Below are positions 1 through 13,377 of a stretch of DNA of 64,000 nucleotides, piece by piece. This stretch comes from Mytilus edulis. Lineage: Eukaryota. Position numbers and translations under genes: made by a program. The notes under the pieces were generated by a model. That model ran no database searches, had not been told where the DNA came from, and saw nothing but the letters and a program-made list of their open reading frames with translations. Position 1 is the first letter of the stretch. Every line of letters starts with the position of its first letter. The stretch is taken from assembly GCF_963676685.1 (NCBI RefSeq), contig NC_092344.1:125116001-125180000 (forward strand), written 5' to 3'.

Positions 1-178
1 GTAGCCTTTTCCCTTTGTGAACCAAAGTCAAAGATTTGTCAAGATTATATAAATGTTTATGTTACATCCTTGTTCTTGTTTGCAATATGCATGTAATATT
101 TGCCACTGACCATTTTTAACAATAATTGATAAAATTTTCATTAATTTGTTAATAATAACACATACAATATAAACTTAC

Positions 179-1276
179 TCTTGCTGTTTTTTGTTTCATT
201 TCTTTCATGTACTGATGCTCAATATTATCGGGAAGGACTGGTGCAAATATCTTGAAATGTGGAATATGCTGACTCCATATTTTTGCTACTAGGAAAGTGA
301 AGTCACTAGCTATACTGTCCAATTCTAACTGATTCGGTATGAAAGTAGTGAAGGGCACTGTATTTGCATCTCCTTTGGCAACAGTGTTGTCTAGGTGGTT
401 CCCTGAAATCCTGTTTTCATAGGCACATATTTGGTACATATGATGGTCTTTGTGTTGGTTATAGATTGTCATATTCCTGACTTTTGTACGCATATCTACA
501 TTATCTCCTACAAAGTAAAAGCCAGGGTGCATTAAATCTCTGTACTGATGCAAATCATTTTCTGCATTAGAAAGTTCAAGAATTCGTTGTACCATTGTAT
601 CAGCATCTCCATTCACCAAATCAATGGACTCTTTGATCATCTGTATGTTCTGAAGTAACACTAATTCATGTGACGTTTCAGTTGTTACTAGTTCTTGCAT
701 GGCAACAAGATCCTTGTCCCAGTCATTCCCTAACTTGTCTGCCAAACTTAGCGTTGATTGGTAGCTTAAGCAGTCGTATGTGGCATTCAGTCGAGAAAAT
801 GCAGACTTTTTGCAACCACCTTTCCACAAAATATAGCTATTAAAATGTTGAAAAGCATTTAAATCTTTGCTGTAAAGGGTCAAAAGTTTACAGCCAGCAG
901 TCACTATGCCTGGTATTAAAGCTTCACCCTTTTTATACTTATTAAACTGATGTGCTGGGTTTGCTACCGCTGCCTCAAGTGATTTTAAAAAAGTAGGAGC
1001 CTTCTGTCTCCATTCATCTATAACTCTGGCAAATGTAAGAGACTTTATCTTGTCATGGTTACGTAAAATTGAGTTATTCTCTCTTAGTGCCAAAGTCTTA
1101 ATTTCTCCTTTGATGGTATCAAACACTGTTTCTTGGAAAACATCTAGTAAATCTGGAATTTTTGAAATTAATGAACCAACTGTAGGCATATCACCAGAGG
1201 TTAAGGCATCAAGAATTGGAAAGTGCTTCGCAGGCATGCACCGTATTTCATTTTTTAATCCACGGCATATTATAAC
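179..1276 (-). CDS. Exon 2 of a spliced, probably transposon-encoded protein (DUF6589-like region); the gene continues off the left edge
   Basis: The 362-aa ORF extends in frame to a T-rich tag| acceptor (exon starts 1276, VIICRGLKNEIRCM...) and ends at aga|GTAAGT (178). 1098 nt, phase 0-0. The motif GDNVDMRTKVRNMTIYNQHKDHH...ENRI resembles DUF6589-type invertebrate proteins (from memory). Confidence 0.7.
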
Positions 1277-1310
1277 CTAAAAAAAAAGAAGGTCTTTATT
1301 AAAAACAAAA

Positions 1311-1418
1311 AAAGAAGATGTGTTAGGATTGCAGATGAGACAACTTTCCACAAGAGACCAAAATGACACAGAAATTAACAACTTCAGGTTACCATACTGC
1401 CTTCAACAATGAGTAAAG
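1311..1418 (+). repeat. Abundant interspersed repeat fragment (gaagatgtg...gccaatgagacaact...agagaccaaaatgacacaga family)
   Basis: Related copies at about 4131-4405, 6436-6547 (-), 25369-25470, 35795-35850 and 36103-36195. Confidence 0.7.
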
Positions 1419-2264
1419 ATTATCATGTCTAAAAATTTGACATACAAGTAATATAATTTTCATATTTTGAAAATAAATCTAATGTTTTATTTAATTTAAC
1501 ATTAATATTGGTATTTCACACAAAGATAGCTTTCCATTGACTTAGTTAACAATTTTGGCATCAACTGTTCTTTTTGTGAGTGTGTTTCTTTTTTTTCTGG
1601 GGCTGGGGGGGGGGGGGGGTTAAAATTTGCCAGATTCTAGTTTTCCGGAGAGAAAATCATCTTTAATCGATAGGGGTCGTAAAATAAAACCAGTTTGTTT
1701 CCACTAAGAATTGGGACAAACACAAATTTGACACTTTGTTTTCCAAAAAAAAATATTGTTACTGTATGCTAAAATTAAATAATTGTTCCCAAAAGTTTTT
1801 TAAAAATAAATTACTTGTTCTTCAAAAAAATAACCATACTCACTATTTCCCCTCTCTAAAAATGATTGTTTCCTTATTAAACTAATGTTTTATATTAGTT
1901 ACTGTTTCATGTTTAATTTCATTATTTTATGTATGAATAAGTGTATAAAAAAGTAAATTAAACATATACATAAAGATATAATTAACAGCTTTTATAAATA
2001 TGCTATTCAAGAAATATGCTTTTTAAAAATTTTGTATTCAAAACTGAAAATAACTATGCTTGAATCATAATTCTAATCTAGAAACACATGAAATATTTGC
2101 CACTGGAGGAAAATAAATATAAAAAAAATCAATAAATCAAAAGGAGATTGTACACTTTCTTTGCTCATTTATGCTTGTTATAGGATGATGATACATGTTT
2201 CTTATGAAAGGACATTCCTTTCTTATTTTCTCTGTTTTTACAATAATGTACTTTACAAACATAC

Positions 2265-2723
2265 CTTCAGTTCTGAATCAGTTTCAGTGTCAATATTGAA
2301 TTCAGAGTCTTCTTCTTTTTCCTCATCTCTAGGAAACAACGATTTCCTACTATTAACAGTTGCACTACCATCCTCGGAAAATTGTCTTTTGAATGAAACC
2401 GAGTTATGTCCATGTGTTTCACGTAGTTTTGCCAAAGTATTCTGATATGACGATTTAAATGTTGTGAAAACACTGTCAATTTTTTGCAATTCTCTAACAC
2501 ATTTTCTACATGCAGTATCTGCATGTGTCTCTTCTGTAATATTTATTTCCAGATATTTTTCAATAAGAATACAGTATTCAGATTTGATGCTGCCATGAAA
2601 TAATTTTCTCCTGTAATCACTTTTTTCAATTCTGTTTCCACAAATTACACAAAGAGTTTTTTTAGTTGTTGGAGTAAATTTTATAAATCTAAAAAACTTT
2701 TTAGGAGTAGAACTTTCTGCCAT
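2265..2723 (-). CDS. Exon 1 of the same gene: N-terminal ZAD/zf-AD-like C4 zinc finger plus an acidic linker
   Basis: ATG at 2723. CVIC...CRKC followed by an amphipathic helix. Donor aag|GTATGT at 2264 is phase 0 and joins exon 1276-179 in frame. Confidence 0.7.
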
Positions 2724-3210
2724 TAGACACAACAGAAACTCTGACAATGATGTGATGTTTGATCATATGTATAAGTTCAGTGACCTTATCTTTCTAGTAA
2801 GTTATAAAATGAAAATAAATAAACAGTATTTGCACAACACTGGAATATCAAGTTTCACTTCCCAACTGTTATCTGAAATTCTTATCAATAAATGTCAATC
2901 TTAATTACTCTAAGATTAACAGTTTGGTCAAGCCTCAGACAAACTTTACAAGTCCCTTCCTCCTGCAGATGTCAGTATAATTGTAATCTCCTAGTTATAG
3001 CAGTAAAATTATTAAAGGGGCAAAATTGAAAAAATAATAATAATTAGGAAGGGACATGTAGCAAGTCTAAGTGGCACTGTGATGAGAGTATTAAAGCTGT
3101 CAAGTTTTTCTTTACAAAATCTATGTACATTTTGTAAATAAAGTTGATTGAAAAGTTGTGGGTTACCCCATGGTAAAAAAATTGAAAGAAAGATAAAAAG
3201 GAGAAAAAGG

Positions 3211-3808
3211 GTGAGACTTGTAGTTGTCATTTTGAGTGAGATTTTTAGTTGTCAGTTTGGATGAGACTTGTAGTTGTCAGTTTGGGTGAGACTTGTAGTT
3301 GTCAGTTTGAATGAGACTTTTAGTCGTCATTTTGAGTGAGATTTATAGTTGTAAGTTTGAGTGAGATTTTTAGTTGTCAGTTTGAGTGAGACTTTTAGTT
3401 GTCAGTTTGGGTGAGACTTGTAGTTGTGATTTTGAGTGAGATTTTTAGTTGTCAGTTTGAGTGAGATTGTTAGTTGTCAGTTTGAGTGAGATTTTTAGTT
3501 GTCAGTTTGGGTGAGACTTGTAGTTGTCATTTTGAGTGAGATTTGTAGTTGTCAGTTTGAATGAGACTTGTAGTTGTCAGTTTGAGTGAGACTTGTAGTA
3601 GTCAGTATAAGTGAGATTTTTAGTTGTCAGTTTGAGTGAGACTTGTATTTGTCAGTATGAGTGAGATTTTTATTGTCAGTTTGAGTGAGACTTGTAGTTG
3701 TCAGTTTGAATGAGACTTGTAGTTGTCAGTTTAAGTGAGATTTTTAGTTGTCATTTTGAGTGAGATTTTTAGTTGTCAGTTTGGGTGAGACTTGTAAATG
3801 TCAGTTTG
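3211..3808. repeat. 25-bp minisatellite (gagtgagacttgtagttgtcagttt), about 24 copies
   Basis: Direct tandem periodicity of 25 nt. Confidence 0.95.
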
Positions 3809-4130
3809 CGAATTTATCATTTTAATTCTGATGGATACATTTTTGTTACATCAATAAAGGTTTTAGGTGCTAACTGCTTTTATCATATTGGGACACACTG
3901 TACACATTACCATTTAATATAAAATCGATAAATATTCTGGCATCATCAGAGAGCCTGTGGTAAGGAATTTTTATTATAAAAAAGCTTGAAAAATAATATA
4001 ATTTACAAAGAACAATTTGTTGTCATCAGTTTTTTTTATCAGCAGATATAAACCTTGAAATGATATTCTGACATTCGTTTTAATTTAATCTCAATATGTT
4101 TTAAGACGTCTCTTTCATGTTACATATATA

Positions 4131-4405
4131 TAAGAAGATGTGCCAATGAGACAACTCTCCATCCAAGTCACAATTTATAAAGGTAAACCTTTATAGGTCA
4201 AGGTACGGTCTTCAACACGATGTCTTGGCTCACACCGAAAAGCAAGCTATAAAGAGCCCAAAAAATTACTAGTGTAAAAACCATTCAAACGGGAAAACCA
4301 GTGGTTTAACCTATATTTGAAAAAAGAGAAATGAGAAACACTTATGAACCACATCATCAAACGACAACTAATGAACATCAGATTCCTGACTTAGGACAGG
4401 TGCAT
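4131..4405 (+). repeat. Interspersed repeat related to the 1311 family
   Basis: Shares the gaagatgtgccaatgagacaactctcca head and the tataggtca...tacgg.cttcaaca core. Confidence 0.6.
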
Positions 4406-4554
4406 GTACTATCATAATCCGTCTGTGCTCACCTAGGTTCTAAAAAGAACAAATCCTATTGAAAAGACTCAAACACAATCCTAATATCTATCGTTTTTCT
4501 TCATCTCCTTTCCCGATGTAAGTATAGTTTAGTAGTGATATATGTTGTTTATAT

Positions 4555-6125
4555 GTCATTTTCATATGCTCAGAATGAACTGTATAAAAAGTCATTGAAA
4601 GCTTATTATAAATTGTACAAGAATTTATTATCACTTAATCCAAGCATAAGTACCTGCTTAATGCATGTATTTAATCTTACAATAAAACCAATACTCCTAT
4701 ATGGGTCTGAAATATTGGGACCTTTAATCCATTCTCAGCAATATTCAGAAATGGAACTTTACCATTTGAAAAAATCTATTCCAGTTTAAAAAGTGAGCGA
4801 CTACATATAAAATTTTGTAACTTATTTTAGGTGTTCATAAAAAATCCATGAATTTTGGAATTTTAGCCGAGCTAGGACGATTCCCATTATATTATGATAT
4901 GATTTAATCCATGTTAAATTACTGGTATTGCTTGGAAAATCTTGATTCCCAATTTTCTCTTCTTAAAGATGCTTATGTAACATTACATAATCTTTCTCAT
5001 TAAAAAAAAAACATCTTGATATGGCTCTATGAAGTCAATTCTTGAAATGATCCCAGACATCAATCATCTATATTTACCATTACCAAAAATCAATAGTTTC
5101 AAAGCTAATATGAAGAAAAAAAAGAAAAAAAATCATATTTTATAGACTTGTGGAACACTGAATTGGTAAAGCATTCAGATGGTAAACTTAAATCTTATGT
5201 TACATTTAAATCAGTTTTTGGAAGAGAAAATTATCTTTCCATTATATAGGGAATTTTGAACAGAGACGAAGCTTAACAAAGCTCAGAATTTCATCACACT
5301 ACTTAAGAATTGAGTCCGGAAGGTATCAGGGTACTCTCCTAAGTGACAGAACTTGTACTCGTTGTAACTCCGGAGATGTGGAGGTAAATATCATTTTCTA
5401 TTTCAATGTGTTAAATTTAAGGATGACCGCAATCATCTATTTCAAGAGATAACTAAAAGTTGCCCCAACTTTTTAACTCTTAACGCAAGAGACAAACTGA
5501 TATGGCTTGTGAACACAGAATATAAGTCTATTCTCACTGCTGCATGTAAATTTATTTCGAAAAATTGTTAATTATGTGGCTTTCTTGTCTGCTTCAGACA
5601 CGAGGAGGACTGTGTAAATAGCTCCTTGAGTACCGTCCCTTGGTGTCTGTTGAAGAAGGGAAACCTACACTATTCTCAATACCTGTTACTGCAGTATATT
5701 TTATTTGCTGTGAATATACATGAACTTTTTACGTTTGTGTTTGTTTTTCTGCATCAGATACGAGGATTGTTAGAGCTTTTAAGATCACAATCCTAGAGCA
5801 TCGTCCCTTGGTGTCTGTTGCAGCTAAACAATCATTTATATTTATACGTTTCCAGCAAATATAAAATCAAGTGAGAAAAAAAAATAAAAAAAAAATAAGC
5901 AAATAAATAAATAAAAAAGTTTGCCACATCTCTGGAGTAGCAACTCTTGAATACTTTTTTATTTGACAAATAATACCCATATGACTGTATATCAATAGAT
6001 TATTTTACAATGTTATGAAAAATACTGTATGTTGTATCAATCATATATGTTATGTGTATATGCCCCCCTGTGGACCTAATTTGGAAAATAAAATTTATCT
6101 TATCTTATCTTGTCTTATCTTATAT
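4555..6125 (+). mobile_element. Decayed, 5'-truncated non-LTR retrotransposon (RTEX-like ORF2 C-terminus)
   Basis: Frameshifted peptides HVFNLTIKPILLYGSEI, ILGVHKKSMNFGILAELGRFP and KLRISSHYLRIESGRY...RTCTRC...HFLFQC (C-terminal zinc knuckle). Ends in AATAAA plus a (TCTTA)n tail at about 6087-6125. Confidence 0.75.
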
Positions 6126-7676
6126 TATGAGAAGTCCATTGCTATAGGCTAGTGATGGACTTCTGATAATATATAATGCATGGTCACATTCAATTTGTAT
6201 TTATATTGTACTGTGAAGAGGATTTCATAAGTATCATAAAATTAAGAAAGAAAATGGGGAATGTGTCAAAGAGACAGCAACCTGACCAAAGAGCAAATAA
6301 CAGCCGAAGGTCGCCAATGGGTCTTCAATACAGCGAGTAAATCCCGCACCCGGAGGCTTGCATCAGCTGGCACCTAACTATCATGTTGTACACGTGTCTG
6401 ATCCTTTTTGCTTTGAGCACGAGCACATAGAATATGCTTAAACTATGTTGAAGGCCGTACGGTGACCTATAGTTGTTAATGTCTGTGTCATTTTGGTCTT
6501 TTGTGGATAGTTGGCTCATTGGCAATCATACAACATCTTCTTTTTTATGTACTCAGAAACAAGAGTAAGGGTACATCTATTATTTGGAAACGAAAGCGTG
6601 GTGAGTTCCTGTAGTCACGTAGAATAGGCTACCTATTATATCATTGCATTCTTATAGACAAACAGTAAAAGGTATAAAGAAAGGACAATAATGGATATGC
6701 TTTTTGATAAATCGATTGGATAGTTGTCTCATTGGCCATGTTCCTTAAGTTCAGTATTCTAAAGATTATATTGTACGATGACAGCGGACGAAGATGATAT
6801 TAAGCTGAAAATTTATAAAATTTCTAAATATACAAATAACGTGAATGTCTTGAAAATTGACATTGGAAATGTATTTATCAGCTTTATATTTCATAGAAAA
6901 TCGATTAGTCTGCATAAGTCAATCGAGTGAATGTCTCTCACTGTAAAAATACTTAGTTAAGATTACTAGTTTGGCTACTACTTCATTAAAAGTTCCTAGT
7001 AGATTAGCTCAGAAAAAGTAACATTAGCTGTTTCGTTGGTTGTTTTTTATGTTAGTATTTTTTGGGATTTATTAGATGCAGTTTTTTTTTCACAGTAAAT
7101 ACTGTTGGCACATTATATTGTTTATTATACAATAAACTTTTATAGTACTGAGCCTCAGCATAATGTTAGGCGTGACCAATTTTTTACTGGGCCTGACAGA
7201 TGTATATGTTACATTTCTAAATTTAGGCATTTTGTAAAATGCATTATAGCTATAGGGATACCAGAATGCCTGCAAGATCATCAGGCATTTTAAATTACAA
7301 AGATTTTTTCTAGGCATTTTGCAAAATGAAAATTGAAAGGCATTTTACAAAAAAACTAAAATTATTGTACATGCGTGGCATGAAATGTTAATTTTTTTGT
7401 AAAGCTCTGAACACTGACAGATCCATTTTATTTATGATAATTTGCAATTTAAGACTGACTTTTCATATTAAAGTTTTACTGAATTATTCTAAAATTCACA
7501 TAAGCACACAATTCAGTAAATATTTGTTATATCTCAAAATGTTTGGATGACAGAACTGTTACACAACATTTGTCCTTAGTTTTGCAATTACATTGTTTGC
7601 CGTAAAATCAGGTTTTAGCACTTCGGCAACATTTGAAGAAACCTTGATCATGACACTTTTTGTTCTTTCGTTACCT

Positions 7677-9060
7677 TTTTGTCGAGCTTGCGACTTTCGT
7701 CACAAAAGCGAGACAAGACGATCCTATATTCCGTCTGTGGGGGCGGCATCCACACATATTTACTATGTGGTTAAAGTTTTTGAAATTTTAATAACTTTCT
7801 TAAACAATCCTGGATTTGTACCAAACTTGGACAGAAGCTTGTTTATGATCATAAGATAGTATCCAGAAGTAGATTAAAAAAATCCTGTTGATCCCTATAT
7901 TACTTATAAAGGGACTAACTTAACATTACCAGATATATACATATTGATGCCTGACATTACATTCACGCTGTGTTTAAAGTTGAATACTTTTATAATAACT
8001 TTCTTAAACTATCTTTGAGTTGTACCAAACTTGGACAGAAGTTTGCTTATGATCAAAGGCTAGTATCTAGAAGGAAATTTTGTAAAAAATTATTCACTTT
8101 TAAGCTCACCTGTCCCGTAGGGCCAAGTGAGCTTTTCTCATCACTTTGCGTCCGTCGTCCGTCGTCGTTAGCTTTTACAAAAATCTTCTCCTCTGAAACT
8201 ACTGGGCCAAATTAAACCAAACTTAACCACAATCATCATTGGGGTATCTAGTTTAAAAAATGTGTAGCGTGACCCGGCCAACCAACCAAGATGGCCGCCA
8301 TGGCTAAAAATAGAACATAGGGGTACAATGTAGAATTTGGCTTATAACTCTGAAACCAAAGCATTTAAAGCAAATTTGACGCGGTAAAATTGTTTATCAG
8401 GTAAAGATCTATCTGCCCTGACATTTTCAGGCGAATCGGACAACCGGTTGTTGGGTTGCTGCCCCTGAATTGGCAATTTTAAGGAAATTATATCGTTTTT
8501 TGGTTATTATCTTGAATATTATTATAGATAGAGATAAACTGTCAACAGCAATAATGTTCAGCAAAGTAAGATCTACAAATAAGTCAACTTGACCAAAAAG
8601 GTCAGTTGACTCCTTAAGGAGTTAATGCCCTTTATAGTCAATTTTTAATAATTTTGTAAATTTTGTAAATTTTTGTAAATTTTAACAAAATATTTTCCTC
8701 TTTTACTAATGGGCCAAGTTCAATATAAATTGAGATAATTGTAAGAAGCAAGAATGTTCAGTTAAGTAAGATCTACAAACACATCACCATCACCAAAACA
8801 CAATTTTGTCATGAATCCATCTGTGTCTTTGTTTAATATGCACATAGACCAAGGTGAGCGACACAGGCTCTTAAGAGCCTCTAGTTTCGTATATTTATTA
8901 CTTATAGATGGACTTATTTTTTTCTTTCAGACGGTAAACATGCATTACATATCATACATGTACAGTCAGCAGTTTTAGTATTTTAAACATTTATGAGATA
9001 CAAAAACCATCCCGGATTTTTACCAAACTTGGACAGAAGCTTCTTACAATCAAAAGATCA
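7677..9060 (+). mobile_element. Helentron-like non-autonomous element with internal core repeats (accaaacttggacagaagctt), interrupted by a second element
   Basis: Core repeat at about 7820, 8025 and 9020. A related fragment lies at about 54550-54910. Confidence 0.55.
8099..8886 (+). mobile_element. Helentron-associated non-autonomous element (HINE-like), nested
   Basis: 5' gctcacct and 3' aggtgagc subterminal inverted repeats, a (GTC/GTCC)n microsatellite, 3' hairpin aggctcttaagagcct and T-rich junctions. Homologous to 58986-60885. Confidence 0.8.
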
Positions 9061-10456
9061 AAAAGCCAAAATTTGGTAAAGCATAAAGACAAATTATTGA
9101 ATAACTTTCAATCAATAAATACTATCGGAATACTTGTCGTGTTTTCTCCGGAAATTTTTGGGACTCTAATATTATTGTACTTCCCTGAGAACTGCAAGGT
9201 GCTTCGTAACTACACAATCAAAACAACTTATTAAACGGTAGATTACTTAAATATGAATGTCAGAATTGGATAATATGTGACATTGGTTCGTCTGAATAAA
9301 AATTCAAGATCAGATATACTTTGGATAGCAAGAAAACAACGAACATTCGGTTGCTAACCACGCGTTTCATCGACTGCTTCTCAACAACGGAAGTGCATAA
9401 AATTAATTGCTTTGGTTGTAATCAGGTTAGTACTATAATCCTTAACGCATTAAAAGATTAAAACGCAAATAATTACTTATAATACTGAAGCAAAAGTTTG
9501 AGAATAGATATTGACACAAATTTAATGTTATTTAATTCCAGTAGAGTCATAAATAAATAAAAATGATAAACAGAGGTTTATAAATTATATTCATTTATAC
9601 CTATCAAATATTAATATTTTCCTGCACTAGAGACATATATAACCTGTGTTGGCAGACCGCATTTATGACATATTTGTCAATTGTCAGCAGACTGCACTGA
9701 GGATATGGCCAAAAGTATTCTTCACCTGCAATTTACATGTACATGTGTACATGTATTTCAAATAAAAACAAATTTATTAAAAAAATATTTTTATAAGTCA
9801 TTTCTAGTCAGATTTTTTAAAAACAAAGCATTAAAAGACATAAATTGTGGAAAGAATATTTGGTCATAGTTTTGTCTTCAATTGTTTTTGTAATCTTTTG
9901 ATGTGAACACAAATTTTTGTGTTTATCTCTTGAGAAAATAAAAATGATCCACATCTAAGATACAACCAAATAAACCTGTGACAAATCTGCTTCTAATGGT
10001 ACCATGTTGCTAAAAATCAAACCAGAAATGCCCCCAAAACAATTTTTTGAAAAAATGTAGTTTTGTATGAAATATTTATAGTGAAAATCTCAAGTGAGGA
10101 ATACTTATGGCCACACTCTGTATATATATATATATATATGCCAATTTTTAGAATCCTGAAAAAAGTGTTTCTGCTTTTTGGTCAGGTTGTCTCTTTGACA
10201 TTTTCCCCAGTTCCATTCTCAATTTTATTTTTTTCATGTTTTTCTAAATTTTTCAGAACATTGAATTTATGTTTTGGGGGATATTTTTTTTTTTTTTTAC
10301 AGAACACACAATTTTTTGTAAAAGTTTATTTCATACTTATGCAACTGTACTATTACTGTGATGTGTTATATGGTTTATCAAGCTCTCCAAGCCCTTTATC
10401 AAAATCCAGACGTAAATGGAAAGGAAAGAGCATCAGTTTGGCTCGGAATATAATTA

Positions 10457-10750
10457 GGGGTCATCCATAATTGTCAACCATTTTCCTAAGTGTACAAAAC
10501 ACACACTTTTTCAGACCCCCAACCTCCCTCAAAAAGTGTACATCAACCAATTTCAGATTTCAAGACACGAATCAATCATTCTTAATAAAAAAAGATCCTG
10601 TCTATCATAGATAAGTTCAATATAGAAATTTGCATTGTTTTATGTGATGATAAAAAAAAGTGTAGGGAAAAAAGTTGAATTTTTAACCCCCTCCCCCCAA
10701 GTGTACGTTTTGTACACTTTGGAAAATGGTTGACAATTATGGATGACCCC
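10457..10750. mobile_element. PIF/Harbinger (Tourist-like) MITE, 294 bp
   Basis: Terminal inverted repeats (TIRs) ggggtcatccataattgtcaaccattttcc... and ...ggaaaatggttgacaattatggatgacccc. TTA duplicated at 10454-10456 and 10751-10753. Confidence 0.88.
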
Positions 10751-10910
10751 TTACTTTATTCTACTAATATTTTTTTAAATACAGCATTTAATCAAATCTT
10801 TATGGAGTAAAACATAAATTATAAAATTTCCATGTATCACAATGTCATGAATGTTCCACTGTAAGTGAAGAGTGAGTTCATTGGTTAACCTCAGCTGAAT
10901 CATTTTCCTT

Positions 10911-13233
10911 AAGCTATCATACTTACTGTAGTTGTAGCTATCATACTTACTGTAGTTGTAGCTATCATACTTACTGTAGTTGTAGCTATCATACTTACTG
11001 TAGTTGTAGCTATCATACTTACTGTAGTTGTAGCTATCATACTTACTGTAGTTGAAGCTATCATACTTACTGTAGTTGAAGCTATCATTGTAGCTATCAT
11101 ACTTACTGTAGTTGAAGCTATCATACTTACTGTAGTTGTAGCTATCATACTAACTAGTTGTAGCTATCATACTAACTGTAGTTGTAGCTATCATACTTAC
11201 TGTAGTTGTAGCTATCATACTTACTGTAATTGTAGCTATCATACTTACTGTAGTTGTAGCTATCATACTTACTGTAGTTGTAGCTATCATACTTACTGTA
11301 GTTGTAGCTATCATACTTACTGTAGTTGTAGCTATCATACTTACTGTAGTTGAAGCTATCATACTTACTGTAGTTGTAGCTATCATACTAACTGTAGTTG
11401 TAGCTATCATACTAACTGTAGTTGTAGCTATCATACTTACTGTAGTTGAAGCTATCATGCTTACTGTAGTTGTAGCTATCATACTAACTGTAGTTGTAGC
11501 TATCATACTAACTGTAGTTGTAGCTATCATACTTACTGTAGTTGTAGCTATCATACTTACTGTAGTTGTAGCTATCATACTTACTGTAGTTGTAGCTATC
11601 ATACTTACTGTAGTTGTAGCTATCATACTTACTGTAGTTGTAGCTATCATACTTACTGTAGTTGTAGCTATCATACTTACTGTAGTTGAAGCTATCATAC
11701 TTACTGTAGTTGTAGCAGTTGTAGCTATCATACTTACTGTAGTTGAAGCTATCATACTTACCATACTTACTGTAGTTGAAGCTATCATACTTACTGTAGT
11801 TGTAGCTATCATACTTACTGTAGTTGTAGCTATCATACTTACTGTAGTTGAAGCTATCATTGTAGCTATCATACTTACTGTAGTTGAAGCTATCATACTT
11901 ACTGTAGTTGTAGCTATCATACTAACTAGTTGTAGCTATCATACTAACTGTAGTTGTAGCTATCATACTTACTGTAGTTGTAGCTATCATACTTACTGTA
12001 GTTGTAGCTATCATACTTACTGTAGTTGTAGCTATCATACTTACTGTAGTTGTAGCTATCATACTTACTGTAGTTGTAGCTATCATACTTACTGTAGTTG
12101 TAGCTATCATACTTACTGTAGTTGAAGCTATCATACTTACTGTAGTTGTAGCTATCATACTAACTGTAGTTGTAGCTATCATACTAACTGTAGTTGTAGC
12201 TATCATACTTACTGTAGTTGAAGCTATCATGCTTACTGTAGTTGTAGCTATCATACTAACTGTAGTTGTAGCTATCATACTAACTGTAGTTGTAGCTATC
12301 ATACTTACTGTAGTTGTAGCTATCATACTTACTGTAGTTGTAGCTATCATACTTACTGTAGTTGTAGCTATCATACTTACTGTAGTTGTAGCTATCATAC
12401 TTACTGTAGTTGTAGCTATCATACTTACTGTAGTTGTAGCTATCATACTTACTGTAGTTGAAGCTATCATACTTACTGTAGTTGTAGCAGTTGTAGCTAT
12501 CATACTTACTGTAGTTGAAGCTATCATACTTACCATACTTACTGTAGTTGAAGCTATCATACTTACTGTAGTTGTAGCTATCATACTTACTGTAGTTGTA
12601 GCTATCATACTTACTGTAGTTGAAGCTATCATACTTACTGTAGTTGTAGGTATCATACTTACTGTAGTTGTAGCTATCATACTTACTGTAGTTGTAGCTA
12701 TCATACTTACTGTAATTGTAGCTATCATACTTACTGTAGTTGTAGCTATCATACTTACTGTAGTTGTAGCTATCATACTTACTGTAGTTGTAGCTATCAT
12801 ACTTACTGTAGTTGTAGCTATCATACTTACTGTAGTTGTAGCTATCATACTTACTGTAGTTGTAGCTATCATACTTACTGTAGTTGTAGCTAAAAATGTA
12901 TCATACTTACTGTAGTTGTAGCTATCATACTTACTGTAGTTGTAGCTATCATACTTACTGTAGTTGAAGCTATCATACTTACTGTAGTTGTAGCTATCAT
13001 ACTTACTGTAGTTGTAGCTATCATACTTACTGTAGTTGTAGCTATCATACTTACTGTAGTTGTAGCTATCATACTTACTGTAATTGTAGCTATCATACTT
13101 ACTGTAGTTGTAACTATCATACTTACTGTAGTTGTAGCTATCATACTTACTGTAGTTGTAGCTATCATACTTACTGTAGTTGTAGCTATCATACTTACTG
13201 TAGTTGTAGCTATCATACTTACTGTAGTTGTAG
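10911..13233. repeat. 24-bp satellite (agctatcatacttactgtagttgt), about 95 copies, with a 772-bp higher-order duplication
   Basis: Tandem period of 24. Variant units recur at an offset of exactly 772. This repeat is the source of the MIATTTVS and VVAIILT pseudo-ORFs. Confidence 0.97.
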
Positions 13234-13252
13234 ACTTGCTGTTGTCAATTGA

Positions 13253-13377
13253 ATATTTGACAGTCACAAATGCAGTTTTAATGGTGATGTGTAGCAGAGC
13301 CAGTGGAATAGATATTTGACAGTCACAAATGCAGTTTTAATGGTGATGTGTAGCAGAGCCAGTGGAATAGATATTTG
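13253..13377. repeat. 59-bp direct tandem duplication
   Basis: atatttgacagtcacaaatgcagttttaatggtgatgtgtagcagagccagtggaatag occurs twice. Confidence 0.9.

Noticed and set aside
1050-2524. Small ORFs overlapping the - strand gene (1050-1280 +, 2161-2445 +, 2267-2524 -)
   Set aside because: Shadow or alternative frames of the real exons.
6777-6930. Short ATG-initiated frame (MTADEDDIKL...) near a gtgagt donor-like site at about 6601
   Set aside because: No recognisable motif or consistent exon structure.
10909-13267. Long ORFs (MIATTTVS)n and (VVAIILTV)n as mucin-like or membrane proteins
   Set aside because: They arise from a 24-bp satellite with frame-breaking indels, lack synonymous-type variation and have no splice context.
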